Both the position numbers and the translations under genes were made by a program. Under the pieces are notes generated by a model that searched no databases, was not told the origin of the DNA, and was given only the letters and a program-made list of their open reading frames with translations. A stretch of DNA of 64,000 nt from Octopus vulgaris (lineage: Eukaryota): positions 31,558,001 to 31,622,000 of the forward strand of contig OX597829.1 of the NCBI GenBank assembly GCA_951406725.2, in the 5' to 3' direction. Positions 40,033-51,117 of this stretch are shown in pieces (the stretch's first letter is position 1; every line of letters begins with the position of its first letter).

Positions 40033-40240
40033 TTGTGTGTCTGTTTGTCCTCCCAACATCGCTTGACAACCGATGCTGGTGTGTTTACGTCCCCGTAGCT
40101 TAGCGGTTCGGCAAAAGAGACTGATAGAATAAGTACTAGGTTTACAAAGAATAAGTCCTGGGATCGATTTTCTCGACTAAACGCGGTGCTCCAGCATGGC
40201 TACAGTCAAATGGCTGAAACAAGTAAAAGAGTAAAAGAAT
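39729..40240 (+). mobile_element. SINE family A, full length with triplicated 5' end
   Basis: GGCGTAGGAGTGGCTGTGTATA-like 22-mer x3, then the standard body and tail. Confidence 0.9.
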
Positions 40241-41134
40241 ATAAGTTCGTGATTATTATAAAGTGTGAGTTCGTGTTTATTACAAAGAGGTTGTGTTGAG
40301 CACATTTTTTTTAAAAGAGGAATATGCTACTATAATAAAAAATCACTTCATGGTCGCTTTACTAATGACATGAGACCATTCAGTTATGTTTAACCCCGCT
40401 CTGACACTGAATTCGCCAAGCTAAAATAACTGATCTGAAGATTGCACAGCTGAAATCATGGATTCAAGGTCACAGTAAAACTGGTCCCTAATTTCGCTTG
40501 AATTGGTCATGATGGAAGCATATGCAGAGTTCCACGTGCATTCGTGTGTGTGTGTGCATGATTAATGGCATGCTTGCATTTCGTTTTAATGAAGCAAAGA
40601 AGAAATAAATAATTTTCATCTCCAAAAGCTTCAAATATGGCTGGAGCATGGTAACTGGGACAATTGGTGCGGTAACAATACGCCGTCATGCCAGTTTGAA
40701 GCCATGATACTAAGCCAACACCTTTACGGATTTGTACAGAAGCTAGCCAGGTTAGAATTAGTTTCATGCTTTCGCGATGAGACACTGGAGAGACATTATG
40801 AACATCATATGGAAAGGGAGGGTCAGTAAAAACCTTCGTTCTTGAGTATGCCAAATCTCAAAACAGTTAAGAGATATGGGTGTAGTGAAACATCTGAGGG
40901 TTAAGATATGGCCATAGAATTGAGGAATATGATGAGAAGAAAGATGAGAAAACAGACAAGGAGGGGGAAGATAAGCGAGAGGAGGAGGGCAGGAGGGACA
41001 GAGGAGGGTAGGAGGGAGAGAGGTGGGCAAGAGGGAGAGAGGTGAGCAGGAGGGAGAGAGGAGGAGAGGAAGAGGAAGAGGAAGGGTTGGAGATGAAGGG
41101 AAGAGGAGGAGGAAAGGATAAATGATGGGAGGAG

Positions 41135-41168
<34 letters not shown>

Positions 41169-41184
41169 TTCACATACACAGACA

Positions 41185-41417
41185 TTTTTAAACTGGCCAA
41201 ATCCGACCAAGACATTCTACCTGTTTTGTGTTCAAACTGGCCTTTATCCGGCCTTTTACACCGACACTACAATCTTATTTTTAGAATGATAAAACTAAAA
41301 ATAAACAATCACATCATTGAAACATCGAAACCACTAAATAATGCATGATTAATTCCAAACAATGTGAATAAATAAGCATCAAATTTGGCAGAGTAATCTG
41401 AATGCTAAAGGGTTAAG
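41185..41417. mobile_element. Possible piggyBac-type MITE end
   Basis: Terminates ...GAATGCTAAAGGG-TTAA (CCC TIR start plus TTAA); partner end not found. Confidence 0.35.
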
Positions 41418-41902
41418 CAAGCGGGTTGATCTGTGACAAACACAGACACAAACTATTTCACTTGAGTCTATTTACTTCTTATTAATTTCTTATATTATGA
41501 AAACTCAGCAAGTTTCGCCGTACTTCTCTGATTTCGTCAGTGACACTATTCCACTGCATTTGTTCATTCGGTTACAGTAAGCTTCTCTTTTCTTTTCTCT
41601 CTCTCTCTCTCTTTCTTTCTCTATCCTCTTCTCTCTCTTCCTCTTTCTCTTCCTCGCTCTCTGTTGTTACTTTTTTTTGTTTGATATTTCCTTTCTTGGG
41701 AGTGGGTTAATGCTTTTGGGTTTTTTTTTTTTTTTCATGAAAGTTTAATAAACGAAGTTTTTACTCCATGCTTTGCAGGCCAGTTCTCCATAGACAGGAG
41801 TTGGGTTTTTTTTTTTCTTTTTCTTTTTCTTTTTTATTAGAATTGAATGTAGTCAGTATTATTAAATCTCAGAACGAGATGTAAACAGTAGTCGCTCGAC
41901 AA

Positions 41903-42474
41903 TGTAAAGTATTATAGCCATCTCGATATGGATAACCACAAAGGGTGGTGTTACTGTAGCTTTTTAGCCCCAGGAGATCATCGTCTCCAGCTGGCTTTAG
42001 GCACACTATCTGTGCCCTTATGGTATTTGCAAAGGGAGACCATTACTGTAGCTTTTTAGTCCCAGGAGATCATCGTCTCCAGCTGGCTTTAGGCACACTA
42101 ACTGTGCTCTTATGGTATTTGCAAAGGGAGACCATTACTGTAGCTTTTTAGCCCCAGGAAATCATCGTCTCCAGCTGGCTTTAGGCACACTATCTGTGCC
42201 CTTATGGTATTTGCAAAGGGAGACCATTACTGTAGCTTTTTAGCCCCAGGAGATCATCGTCTCCAGCTGGCTTTAGGCACACTATCTGTGCCCTTATGGT
42301 ATTTGCAAAGGGAGGCCTTACGAGTAAGGGATGGCCTCCCTTTGCAAATACCATAAGGGCACAGATAGTGTGCCTAAAGCCAGCTGGAGACGATGATCTC
42401 CTGGGGCTAAAAAGCCACAGTAACACACCCCTCCTTTGTGGTTAGCCATATCGAGATGGCTATAATACTTAACA
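41903..42474. mobile_element. Fold-back element with 92-bp unit x4 in the left arm
   Basis: Termini TGTAAAGTATTATAGCCATCTCGATATGG / CCATATCGAGATGGCTATAATACTTAACA; units start at 41951, 42043, 42135 and 42227; one inverted unit after the spacer at ~42318-42332. Confidence 0.85.
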
Positions 42475-42963
42475 AAGTAGTCAGTGAATTGGTTGAATAG
42501 GGGAGCACAGATCTAATCTTAAACGCAGGCCGAAATGAGGAGACACAAATAAATGCATCATGTTTTTAGACTATACACTACGTTGTCCAAATAAGTTACA
42601 TGCATACGATTATTTGCCAAACCTTGAACGGCTAACTACATCGACATAACAGAAATAGAAAATATAAAATATAGGCTGATATTTTGAGACAAATTATATA
42701 TTCATAATAAACGACTCCACCAACCGTTCAACCTAGATTTAGGAGGCTCTTCAGATGAAGACGGCAACATGTTTTTACCTTTTGCTAGTAGGTAAACACG
42801 CGTGTGATAGAAATTGATATTGTAATACGGGTTTACACACACTCACACGTGCGCGCGCATGCACACACTCACATGTATGACTAAATTTCTATTCGATTTT
42901 AAACGGAGTTATTTAAACATCTCAATACTCTATCCTCTCCCCCGCTCTCTCTCTCTATACATA

Positions 42964-43007
<44 letters not shown>

Positions 43008-43009
<2 letters not shown>

Positions 43010-43243
43010 ATCATCAAAATTTAGATTCAGATGAATATGGTACTTAAGTCAAAGGCACCAGAATTTTGTATGGTTTTATCCATATGAATTTATCCATATA
43101 AATTTTATCCATATAAATCAAATGGGGTGATTATAATCAAAATAAGCAACAAGTATATCCGAGGTAGAGTAGTACGATTGTTTCACGCATGAAACAATTG
43201 TGCTACTCTACCTCGGATATACTTGTTGCTTATTTTGATTATA
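43008..43243. mobile_element. Fold-back Penelope-like remnant with the 3' half of an HHR at the apex
   Basis: Arms 43132-43185/43190-43243; apex GAAACAATCGTA / GAAACAATTGTG; follows (TA)n. Confidence 0.65.
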
Positions 43244-44476
43244 GATAGATAAGTTTCTTTATTGGCCACACAGGGCTGCACACAGATGGGACAAGTTACA
43301 AGGTAGAGCTTTTCTTTTGGGGGATGAAAAAAACAAAAAAACAAAAAACAAAAGAAACAAAAAAAAGGTGGCGTAGGTTTTCGATCAAAAGGGATCGTAA
43401 AAGGGAAAGAAAGAACAAAAAAGAAAAAAAAAGAAAGAAAAAGAAAAAAAAGAAGAAAAAGAAAAGGAACAAAAGAAAAGAGAAATGAAAAAAAAGAAGA
43501 AAAAAGGGGGAAGAGGGGAAAAAAACGATCAATAGGGATCGCGTATCACAGTGTTATGATGTATGGTGTAAAGGGGAAAGCAAGTAAGGTTTATCCGTGG
43601 GAAGAAAAGCCTACGAAAAAGACCACGGTAACCTTGGTCAATATTGTTATTTGTTACCACATTTGTTTGCAAGTGGGTAACCCTCTGTTTTCAATTTCTG
43701 GGTTCATAGGATTATGCTCAAGGTGGCTTCGTCATTCATACGTGCCATCCTTGCTACATTCACCCATCTTTTTTAAAACATTCGCTAGACAAAACTTGCC
43801 TCTCTACTCTCACTTTCCTTTTCAAGTGGTACTTGAAGAAGTTGATGAGAGATTGACCAGAGAGGAAAGTGTTTGTCTCCAATCTTTTCAGACGCGTCCA
43901 CCAGATACATTCTTTCGCCATAGCCACAAGGATGATGAAAATAGCTCTTCCTTCCCGTTTGAAGGAAGGAGGCGTGACAATATTGACGATAGACTCAGCT
44001 GATAAACCGACTCGTCCCACACGTGACAGCAGTTGTTCGACATAAGCCCACAGGTCGGAGATTGTTGGACACAGCACGAGTGCGTGCAGAACGGTTTCGT
44101 CGCTCTGACCGCATCTCGGGCAGGTCGGCCCCGTGTTTCTCGAGCCGTGTCTGTAGAGCTTATCCCGAACGGGTAGCGCTTCTCGGTAGCACCGCCAGGC
44201 CAGGGATCTCTGGAAGTTGTCTATGGGCCCTGGCCCGAAAGTCGTCCCGAACAGGCGGGTCAGGTACTCCTCGTCGACGTCCAGGTTCGCCCCGAGCTCG
44301 TCGTCGTACCTCCCCTCCACTAATCCCCTATAGAATGCTTTGGTTGTGATGAAGTCCCTCAAGGTCGACCCAGGACGGCAGAGTTGCTTGAGAGCAACGC
44401 GACACTCGCGGTGCCATTCGCCCTTCCTCGGCCTCTTTTTGATCCACGACTGCAGTTCGGTCATGGAGACGATTAT
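43244..44476 (-). mobile_element. Tx1/L1-like LINE 3' fragment (zf-RVT region plus 3' UTR)
   Basis: FQRSLAWRCYREALPVRDKLYRHG...CPRCGQSDETVLHALVLCP..W; AATAAA followed by an (ATCT)n tail; the other end abuts (GATA)n. Confidence 0.85.
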
Positions 44477-44680
44477 AGATAGATAGATGGAGATGATGAT
44501 AGATAGATAGATAGATAGATAGATAGACAGATAGATAGATTGACAGGTAGACAGACAGATAGATAGATTGACAGGTAGACAGACAGATAGATAGACAGGT
44601 AGACAGACAGATAGATAGATTGACAGGTAGACAGACAGATAGATAGACAGGTAGACAGACAGACAAACAAACAAACAGAC

Positions 44681-44733
<53 letters not shown>
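44477..44733. repeat. (GATA)n/(GACA)n compound microsatellite with ~28-bp higher-order unit
   Basis: GACAGGTAGACAGACAGATAGATAGATT recurs. Confidence 0.9.
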
Positions 44734-44734
<1 letters not shown>

Positions 44735-44812
44735 AACTTACTTGGAAAAGGATGCGTGGCATTCGATCATGAAATATATATATATATAAATGTGTGTGTG
44801 TGTGTGTGTGTG

Positions 44813-44936
44813 AAGGCGCATGGCTCAGTGGTTAGAGCGTCGGACTTACGACCGTGAGGTTGTGAGTTCGAATCCCGGACCAGGCTGCGTGTTGTGTTCT
44901 TGAGCAAGACACTTTATTTCACGTTGCTCCAGTTCA
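44813..44936 (+). mobile_element. SINE family C, 5' part
   Basis: tRNA-like head GGCGCATGGCTCAGTGGTTAGAGCGTCGG...GAGTTCGAATCCC. Confidence 0.85.
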
Positions 44937-44949
44937 TATATATATATGT

Positions 44950-45278
44950 CGGAGATCCCAACTTTGGTCATGAATGACCATGGGATTACACGTAGAAAGT
45001 TACCCTCCCAAGTACAATCCGGGCAAGGTTGTTTATGGAAGACCAGTAGTCTTCCATGCATACCAGCCTCCTCGCCACAGATGTAATCCAAGGGAAAGGC
45101 AAAGGCCGATACAACTTGGCACCTGTGATGTCGCAACTCATTTCTACAGCTGAGTGAACTGGAGCAACGTGAAATAAAGTGTCTTGCTCAAGAACACAAC
45201 ATGCAGCGCGGTCTGGGGTTCGAACTCACAACCTCACGGTCGTAAGTCCGACGCTCTAACCACTGAGCCATGCGCCCT
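44950..45278 (-). mobile_element. SINE family C, full length
   Basis: Inverted copy of the same head plus body and tail. Confidence 0.85.
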
Positions 45279-45309
45279 CATACACACACACATACACACA
45301 CACACACAT

Positions 45310-45352
<43 letters not shown>

Positions 45353-45354
45353 CA

Positions 45355-45429
<75 letters not shown>

Positions 45430-45435
<6 letters not shown>

Positions 45436-46561
45436 TATGTTACGAAAAGAAAATATAAAATACACGTGGAAATGTAAGGGTAAAATATGAAAAATCAACG
45501 AAAATGCATATTGCAGATAGAAAAAGGCTATTTATGAAAGGTATTGACAAATATATACAAAGATTATGGAAAAATAGCCGAAATACTAAACAAGACTTAA
45601 AAATACTCCCGTACATCTCTACACATAACCCCAGAAACAACGAAGCCTTCAACATCATCACCCAAAACCTCCCCATCCTCACAGCAGACAAAACAATGAA
45701 CGAAATTTTAAGCCCATATAAAATTATAAAAAGCAAAAAGCAACCGAAGTCACTGAAAAGAATACTAACCAGTGCTAGACTTTACCCACTAACTGCTGAG
45801 CCAAAAGTGACAAAATGTGGACGTTCTAACTGTGGAACATGCCCCCACCTTCTGGAGGGTTCAGAATTCCAATTCAAACAAGGAGAAATATTTAAGATCA
45901 AATCAAATTTCACCTGCGCCTCAGTAAATGTAATCTATGTCATGACATGCATAGGATGTGGTAAACTCTATATTGGACAAACAGGAATTTTGCTCCGTCA
46001 AAGAATCACCATTCACAAAGAGCAAATCCGTCACCCACAATACAGACAGTTAAAGGTGGGTGAACACATAGAAAGATGTGCCAGGAATCTTATTCCCAAT
46101 TTCCAAATATTTCCCTTTTACCAATGCTCACAGAACACCACAATGCAACAAAGGTTGAATAAAGAGTCATTTTTCATCAACAAATTTCTCCCCCAACAAA
46201 ATATGAACACACAACTCAATACAGAACACCACTAACTCTACAATTTAAACCACTAAACCCTATACACTTTCTACATCACTCACATCTCTAATTCCAGAAC
46301 TACTTACCTCCCTTAGAAATAATCTCTTTTCTCAGGAACTATTAGACCTGACACCGTTTATTAACCGGTGTTGTTCAAACGATGAATAGCCCACGCGCAA
46401 ACCAATTGGTTCGTTTTGGTCTCTTACTCATAATAATGACCTTTATGACTCGTATTACTACCTCAGTCAATCTAAATGTATATATTTGTCACTACCTGTC
46501 ATAAATAGCCTTTTTCTATCTGCAATATGCATTTTCGTTGATTTTTTTATATTTTACCCCT
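45430..46561 (+). mobile_element. 5'-truncated Penelope-like element with inverted pLTR piece
   Basis: GIY-YIG ORF; 45478-45567 is the reverse complement of 46469-46561; (TA)n on both sides; degenerate HHR-like motif at 46376-46418 (palindromic ACCAATTGGT). Confidence 0.9.
45504..46235 (+). CDS. Penelope-like GIY-YIG endonuclease C-terminal fragment (N-terminal ~25 aa derive from the inverted pLTR)
   Basis: KCGRSNCGTCPHL zinc-knuckle linker, FTC.S.NVIYVMTC.GCGKLYIGQTG..LRQRI.IH, H, E..FI. Confidence 0.85.
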   Translation: MHIADRKRLFMKGIDKYIQRLWKNSRNTKQDLKILPYISTHNPRNNEAFNIITQNLPILTADKTMNEILSPYKIIKSKKQPKSLKRILTSARLYPLTAEPKVTKCGRSNCGTCPHLLEGSEFQFKQGEIFKIKSNFTCASVNVIYVMTCIGCGKLYIGQTGILLRQRITIHKEQIRHPQYRQLKVGEHIERCARNLIPNFQIFPFYQCSQNTTMQQRLNKESFFINKFLPQQNMNTQLNTEHH

Positions 46562-46772
46562 ATATATATATATATATATATATTCCACCCGCATCTAACG
46601 AGGCGGACTGCTTCACTGACCTGGGCCGCCCACCATCCCAGTGGACGCCTGCCCCTGGGCAGTTCCAAGCAGTTGATCTTTTTGCGGGCGCCTGCTAGCG
46701 CGCTGTGGGCCGGCTTAACTTCTCCAGGCGTCCCCGTCGTCTCAACATCTCCCCAGCCGAACTCTCGGCTGG

Positions 46773-46933
<161 letters not shown>

Positions 46934-46934
46934 G

Positions 46935-47320
46935 ACTCTTGACCTGTCCAACAAAGCGTGATGCCTAAACCAATCAGCTCAACCAACCAATCAGCTTAAG
47001 TAATTGAGTGATACTACACACTGATTGGTCAGAATACAGTTTGCAAAACCTAGCACTCTGGAGCCTACCCAGCTGTATTTATAGCACAGAATCACTCATC
47101 TTGCTACAGTCAAAAATTGTGAAGCATGACTGTCAACACTACTACATGAACCCGAAGATTGCAGAATTCAATGCATGAAAGTACTAGTTCAATCAGAATG
47201 AATATTTAACATTCTACTATTTCATTTTATTTTATTCAATTATAATATATTATCTTATAATATATCATTATAAGATTGTAAATAAAACGTGAAAATCAGA
47301 CAAGGTTGGAATTCTTTTTA

Positions 47321-47325
<5 letters not shown>
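46935..47325 (+). mobile_element. Solo Penelope-like pLTR with CCAAT/TATA-like motifs and HHR
   Basis: CCAATCAG x2, CTGATTGG, TATTTATAG upstream of the HHR at 47147; between (TA)n tracts. Confidence 0.6.
47147..47191 (+). ncRNA. Type-I hammerhead motif, CCGAAGA variant
   Basis: TGAAC-CCGAAGA-t TGCA gaattcaa TGCA t-GAAA-GTAC-TA^-GTTCA: 5-bp stem I, 4-bp stem II, palindromic AGTACT stem III. Confidence 0.75.
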
Positions 47326-47402
<77 letters not shown>

Positions 47403-47424
47403 TATAACATGTATATATATATAT

Positions 47425-47542
47425 AAACGATGGGCTTTGGTTCGACCCGAGTCTACAGTAGAAGACACTTGCTCAATGTAAAACTGAAGCCGGAACCATG
47501 TGCTTGAGAAGCAAGTTTCTTACTACACGGCCACACCTGCGT
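47425..47542 (-). mobile_element. SINE family A, deleted head fragment
   Basis: CTACAGTAGAAGACACTTGCTCAA...CCGGAACCATGTG...ACACGGCCACACCTGCG. Confidence 0.65.
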
Positions 47543-47854
47543 TTATGAGTTTTCATAATGATCAACTTAGAGATTTGCATTGATAAATTACAACTTTTGT
47601 GACACGCTACAGGCCGAAGATCCATTAGATTTGCCAGTTAGATTTCTATTTCTCTTGAAGACATTGCTGTAATCATTTTGTCTGTTCATTCGCATTAGAA
47701 ATTTAACCAACTAGAAATTTAACCAACTAGAAATTTAACTCGGGGAATGCTATCTTCTCGTGAGATTGTTGTTCGATGGAGTGTCGAATTTTCAAAATTA
47801 ATGTCAGAAGTGTATTCCTCCCGTACCTTTTTTTCTTTCTTGCTTTGTGGAGTT

Positions 47855-48093
47855 CTAACATTGTGATGACCTTGACCAGACATATTGGCCAATACATTTC
47901 ATAACCGTGGTTAAATATTTTGTAGTGCCAAGACAGTGTGCGGAACCAGCGCTGCACTTTATACAACAAGCAACATCCATTCTTGGAAATAGAATCATTT
48001 TGAAAAAAAGAGCGGACTGGTTTCTGTCGTTCTTCACAGTCACGGTTCTGGTAGCAATTCGGAAGCTGTGCCCATTATCTCTACTTAACAATA
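47855..48093 (-). CDS. Candidate terminal exon encoding a small Cys-rich PAN/apple-like domain
   Basis: Non-repetitive open frame ...VACCIKCSAGSAHCLGTTKYLTTVMKCIG (C-x3-C-x6-C-x-G..Y..C spacing); acceptor TTTACTTATAG; upstream GTGAGT donor at 48366. Confidence 0.4.
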
Positions 48094-48209
48094 CTATAAG
48101 TAAAGGTGGATCTTTAGCATGCATATATATTAGAGAAGGAAGAGAGATTTTTTTATAATTATGCATAATTAATTTGTTGTTGTTGTTGTAGTAGTAGTAG
48201 TAGTCGTCT

Positions 48210-48275
<66 letters not shown>

Positions 48276-48468
48276 CAGCAGCAGCAGCAGCAGCTATGTG
48301 ATTTTCGTAAAAGAAGGCCAAGCAGAACTACCAGAAACGAAATAACTAATATATTCATATACTCACATCTCTAAGAGAATAAATATAAATACATTAGCAT
48401 AATAAAGTAATCTACTTTGTTGAGAAGAGGCTAAATATTAAATAAGATCTTGTTATACACACACACAC

Positions 48469-48523
<55 letters not shown>

Positions 48524-48796
48524 CACACACACAAATATTACAATATGTTATTGACATATTAATATCAATTGCTCGATATTTTCTGAAAGACTTAATTTAA
48601 ACATCTGTTCAGCTTAAACATATAATTATATCGAATATAACATAATCTATACGTACGGATATAATAATCATCCGCATGAGACTTCTTCAGACATTGGAGT
48701 CTCAAAGTCGAGTGTGTTCTACACGCAAAAATTATGAGTGCAGAAGGAAATATCTTATATCCATACATATATAATTTATAGAATGGTGTTGCGTGT

Positions 48797-48862
<66 letters not shown>

Positions 48863-48875
48863 ATCTGTGTGCGCG

Positions 48876-48947
<72 letters not shown>

Positions 48948-48982
48948 ACATATACATATACATATACGTATACATATATATA

Positions 48983-49070
<88 letters not shown>

Positions 49071-49073
<3 letters not shown>

Positions 49074-49353
49074 TGTATGCTGTCCCGTAAAGGGAATTAC
49101 ACACCGCTATTTAGCCCTAGGAAGCATCGACGCTTTCTGTCGGCTTTGACACGTTTTCTGTGTCCTTATATTTGCGAAGGGGAGGCAAGCACCCCCACCA
49201 GCTAGGGCTAGTACCTAGAGACATGCATGTTTCTGAGTCTTTGCTCGTCATCAGTCTAGGGTAACCAAGGAAGCGTCGATGCTTCCTAGGGCTAAATAGC
49301 GGTGGTGTAACTCCCATTACGGGACTGTCACGTTATGTTGACAGTATACAACC
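49071..49353. mobile_element. Small element with ~70-bp inverted repeats enclosing an HHR
   Basis: 49071-49138 pairs with 49268-49353 (17-nt insertion in the right arm); adjacent to (TA)n(GA)n. Confidence 0.8.
49214..49260 (-). ncRNA. Type-I hammerhead ribozyme (canonical core, GUC site)
   Basis: Minus strand: CCTAGA-CTGATGA-c GAG caaaga CTC a-GAAA-CATGCAT-GTC^-TCTAGG; stem III is the palindrome ACATGCATGT. Confidence 0.85.
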
Positions 49354-49525
49354 ACTCTATCGCTCCACCACCGCTCATGTCTCTCTGAGACATTTAGAAA
49401 TTTAATATTTCTAATTATATATATTTATATATATATATATATATATGTATGAATACACACACACTCGCACATACACACACACACACACACACACATACAC
49501 ACACACACACATATATATATATGTG

Positions 49526-49560
<35 letters not shown>

Positions 49561-49756
49561 TTTATTTAAAGCAGCAGAAAATTCAACAAAACCTGTTACT
49601 CTGAGTTTCACGTCCGATGAACGGCAACGTGAAACTCAGAGTAACAGGTTTTGTTGAATTCTCTGCTGCTTTAAATAAAACATATTACTCTACCACTGGT
49701 ACACTGGTATTTGAGTACTCTTTTTCCACCTTATTTCACATTTATGTGTTTACTCC

Positions 49757-49760
<4 letters not shown>
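49561..49760 (+). mobile_element. Fold-back Penelope-like pLTR remnant with HHR at the apex
   Basis: Arms 49561-49613/49627-49679; gt-CCGATGA-ACG gcaa CGT-GAAA-CTC a GAG-TA-ACAGG; between (TA)n tracts. Confidence 0.8.
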
Positions 49761-49798
<38 letters not shown>

Positions 49799-49930
49799 CA
49801 TACATACATATACATATATATACATACACCTACACACAAATACATATACATTGATAAAGAGATACAGAGAGATAGAAAGGAGATTTGGTAGTAGAAACAG
49901 GAAAAGAGGACTTAAAGCATGAGTAAATAT

Positions 49931-49973
<43 letters not shown>

Positions 49974-49975
<2 letters not shown>

Positions 49976-50755
49976 AGGGTCGGCTGAAAGCTCATAGGCT
50001 GACCAAGATACTCTCATGGAATGTAACCAAATGAGGTTTTATTTTTCAACTTAGCCCCACCTTGTAATCCATAACTTCTATCAGAGCTGCAGTGCTTGAA
50101 TCCCATTAGTGAAAAAAAAAACTTCCATCCTGTTGTCCTAAAAAGTCATCAACAGCAGCTGTATGATGTCGTCATCATCACTGCGATATTGATCCCAAGC
50201 CTTGTATTTTTTTTTTCATGTTGGGCAATAGATGATAGATGAGGCCAAATCTAGAGGATGAGGAAGGTGATCAACCAGTTCAATGCCACAGACATGCACA
50301 GCAGCCATTGAAACCAAGGGCTTGTGTGCTAGAGCATTGTCCTGATGAAACAAGACCTCTTTTGTCAGTTTTCCTGGGCATTTGGTCTTGATAGCCTATT
50401 GTAACAGCCTCAGCAAGTTAGCAGAGTACTCTCCATTGATGGTGTGGCTCTTCTTGAAGATAGTCAATAAACACAATGCCTTTTGCATCCCCAAAAAAAA
50501 TTGTGGCCATCACCTTCCCTGCAGATGAAACGACCTTAGCCTTCTTTGGAACAGGTGAGGGGGGATGATTTCGCTGCATGGATTGTCTCTGTCTCTGGCT
50601 CAAAGGTAACATTAATTCTGGGTTACAAAACGTTCGAGGAAACCAGCTGGATCTTCCTAAAACAATGTCAGGTTTTCTCTTGATGCGACCAGATGCTAAT
50701 AGCATTGGCTATTTGATTTATAGTCATTGCTTGAACTTTACAGCCCACCCTCGTA
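49974..50755 (-). mobile_element. Internally deleted mariner (family M2) with both TIRs
   Basis: TIRs CGAGGGTCGGCTGAAAGCTCA / TGAACTTTACAGCCCACCCTCG-TA; PKKAKVVSSAGKVMATIF..DAKGIVFIDYL. Confidence 0.85.
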
Positions 50756-50804
50756 CATACAAACGTACGTACACACACACAAACACACACACATACATAC
50801 ATAC

Positions 50805-50895
50805 ATTATTTAAGTATATATGAGCAGGTATAGGTATGCAAGTATATGCATGAGAAGACATACATAAAACAAAACATACAAATCTGCACATATAC
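50805..50895 (+). mobile_element. Short 3' UTR fragment of the R4/Dong-like LINE
   Basis: TTTAAGTATATATGAGCA...CATGAGAA.ACATACATAAAAC...AAATCTGCACATA matches 32878-32955; in (CATA)n. Confidence 0.75.
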
Positions 50896-51117
50896 ATACA
50901 TACATGCATGCATACATACATACATACATACATACATACATACATACATACATACATACATACAAATACATACATACACATACATGCATACATACACACA
51001 TACATACACATACATACATACACATACATACATATAAGACATACATACATACATACATACATACATACATACATACATACATACATACATACATACATAC
51101 ATACATACATACATACA

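Noticed and set aside
40430-40470. CTGAAGA...GAAATCATGGATT as a hammerhead
   Set aside because: Stem III is possible but stems I and II are unsupported
41497-41545. Minus-strand CTGACGA...GAAACTTGCTGAGTT motif
   Set aside because: Core and stem III are present but stems I and II are absent; may be a decayed copy, not counted
41951-42318. 92-bp array as CRISPR or HHR retrozyme
   Set aside because: Units are contiguous without unique spacers; no CTGAnGA/GAAA core found on either strand
43760-44674. 304-aa ORF as an intact gene
   Set aside because: The first ~70 aa are (TCTA)n microsatellite; the rest is a truncated LINE C-terminus
44813-44885. tRNA gene
   Set aside because: Cloverleaf is imperfect and continues into a SINE body found in several copies; same for 29378 and 20808
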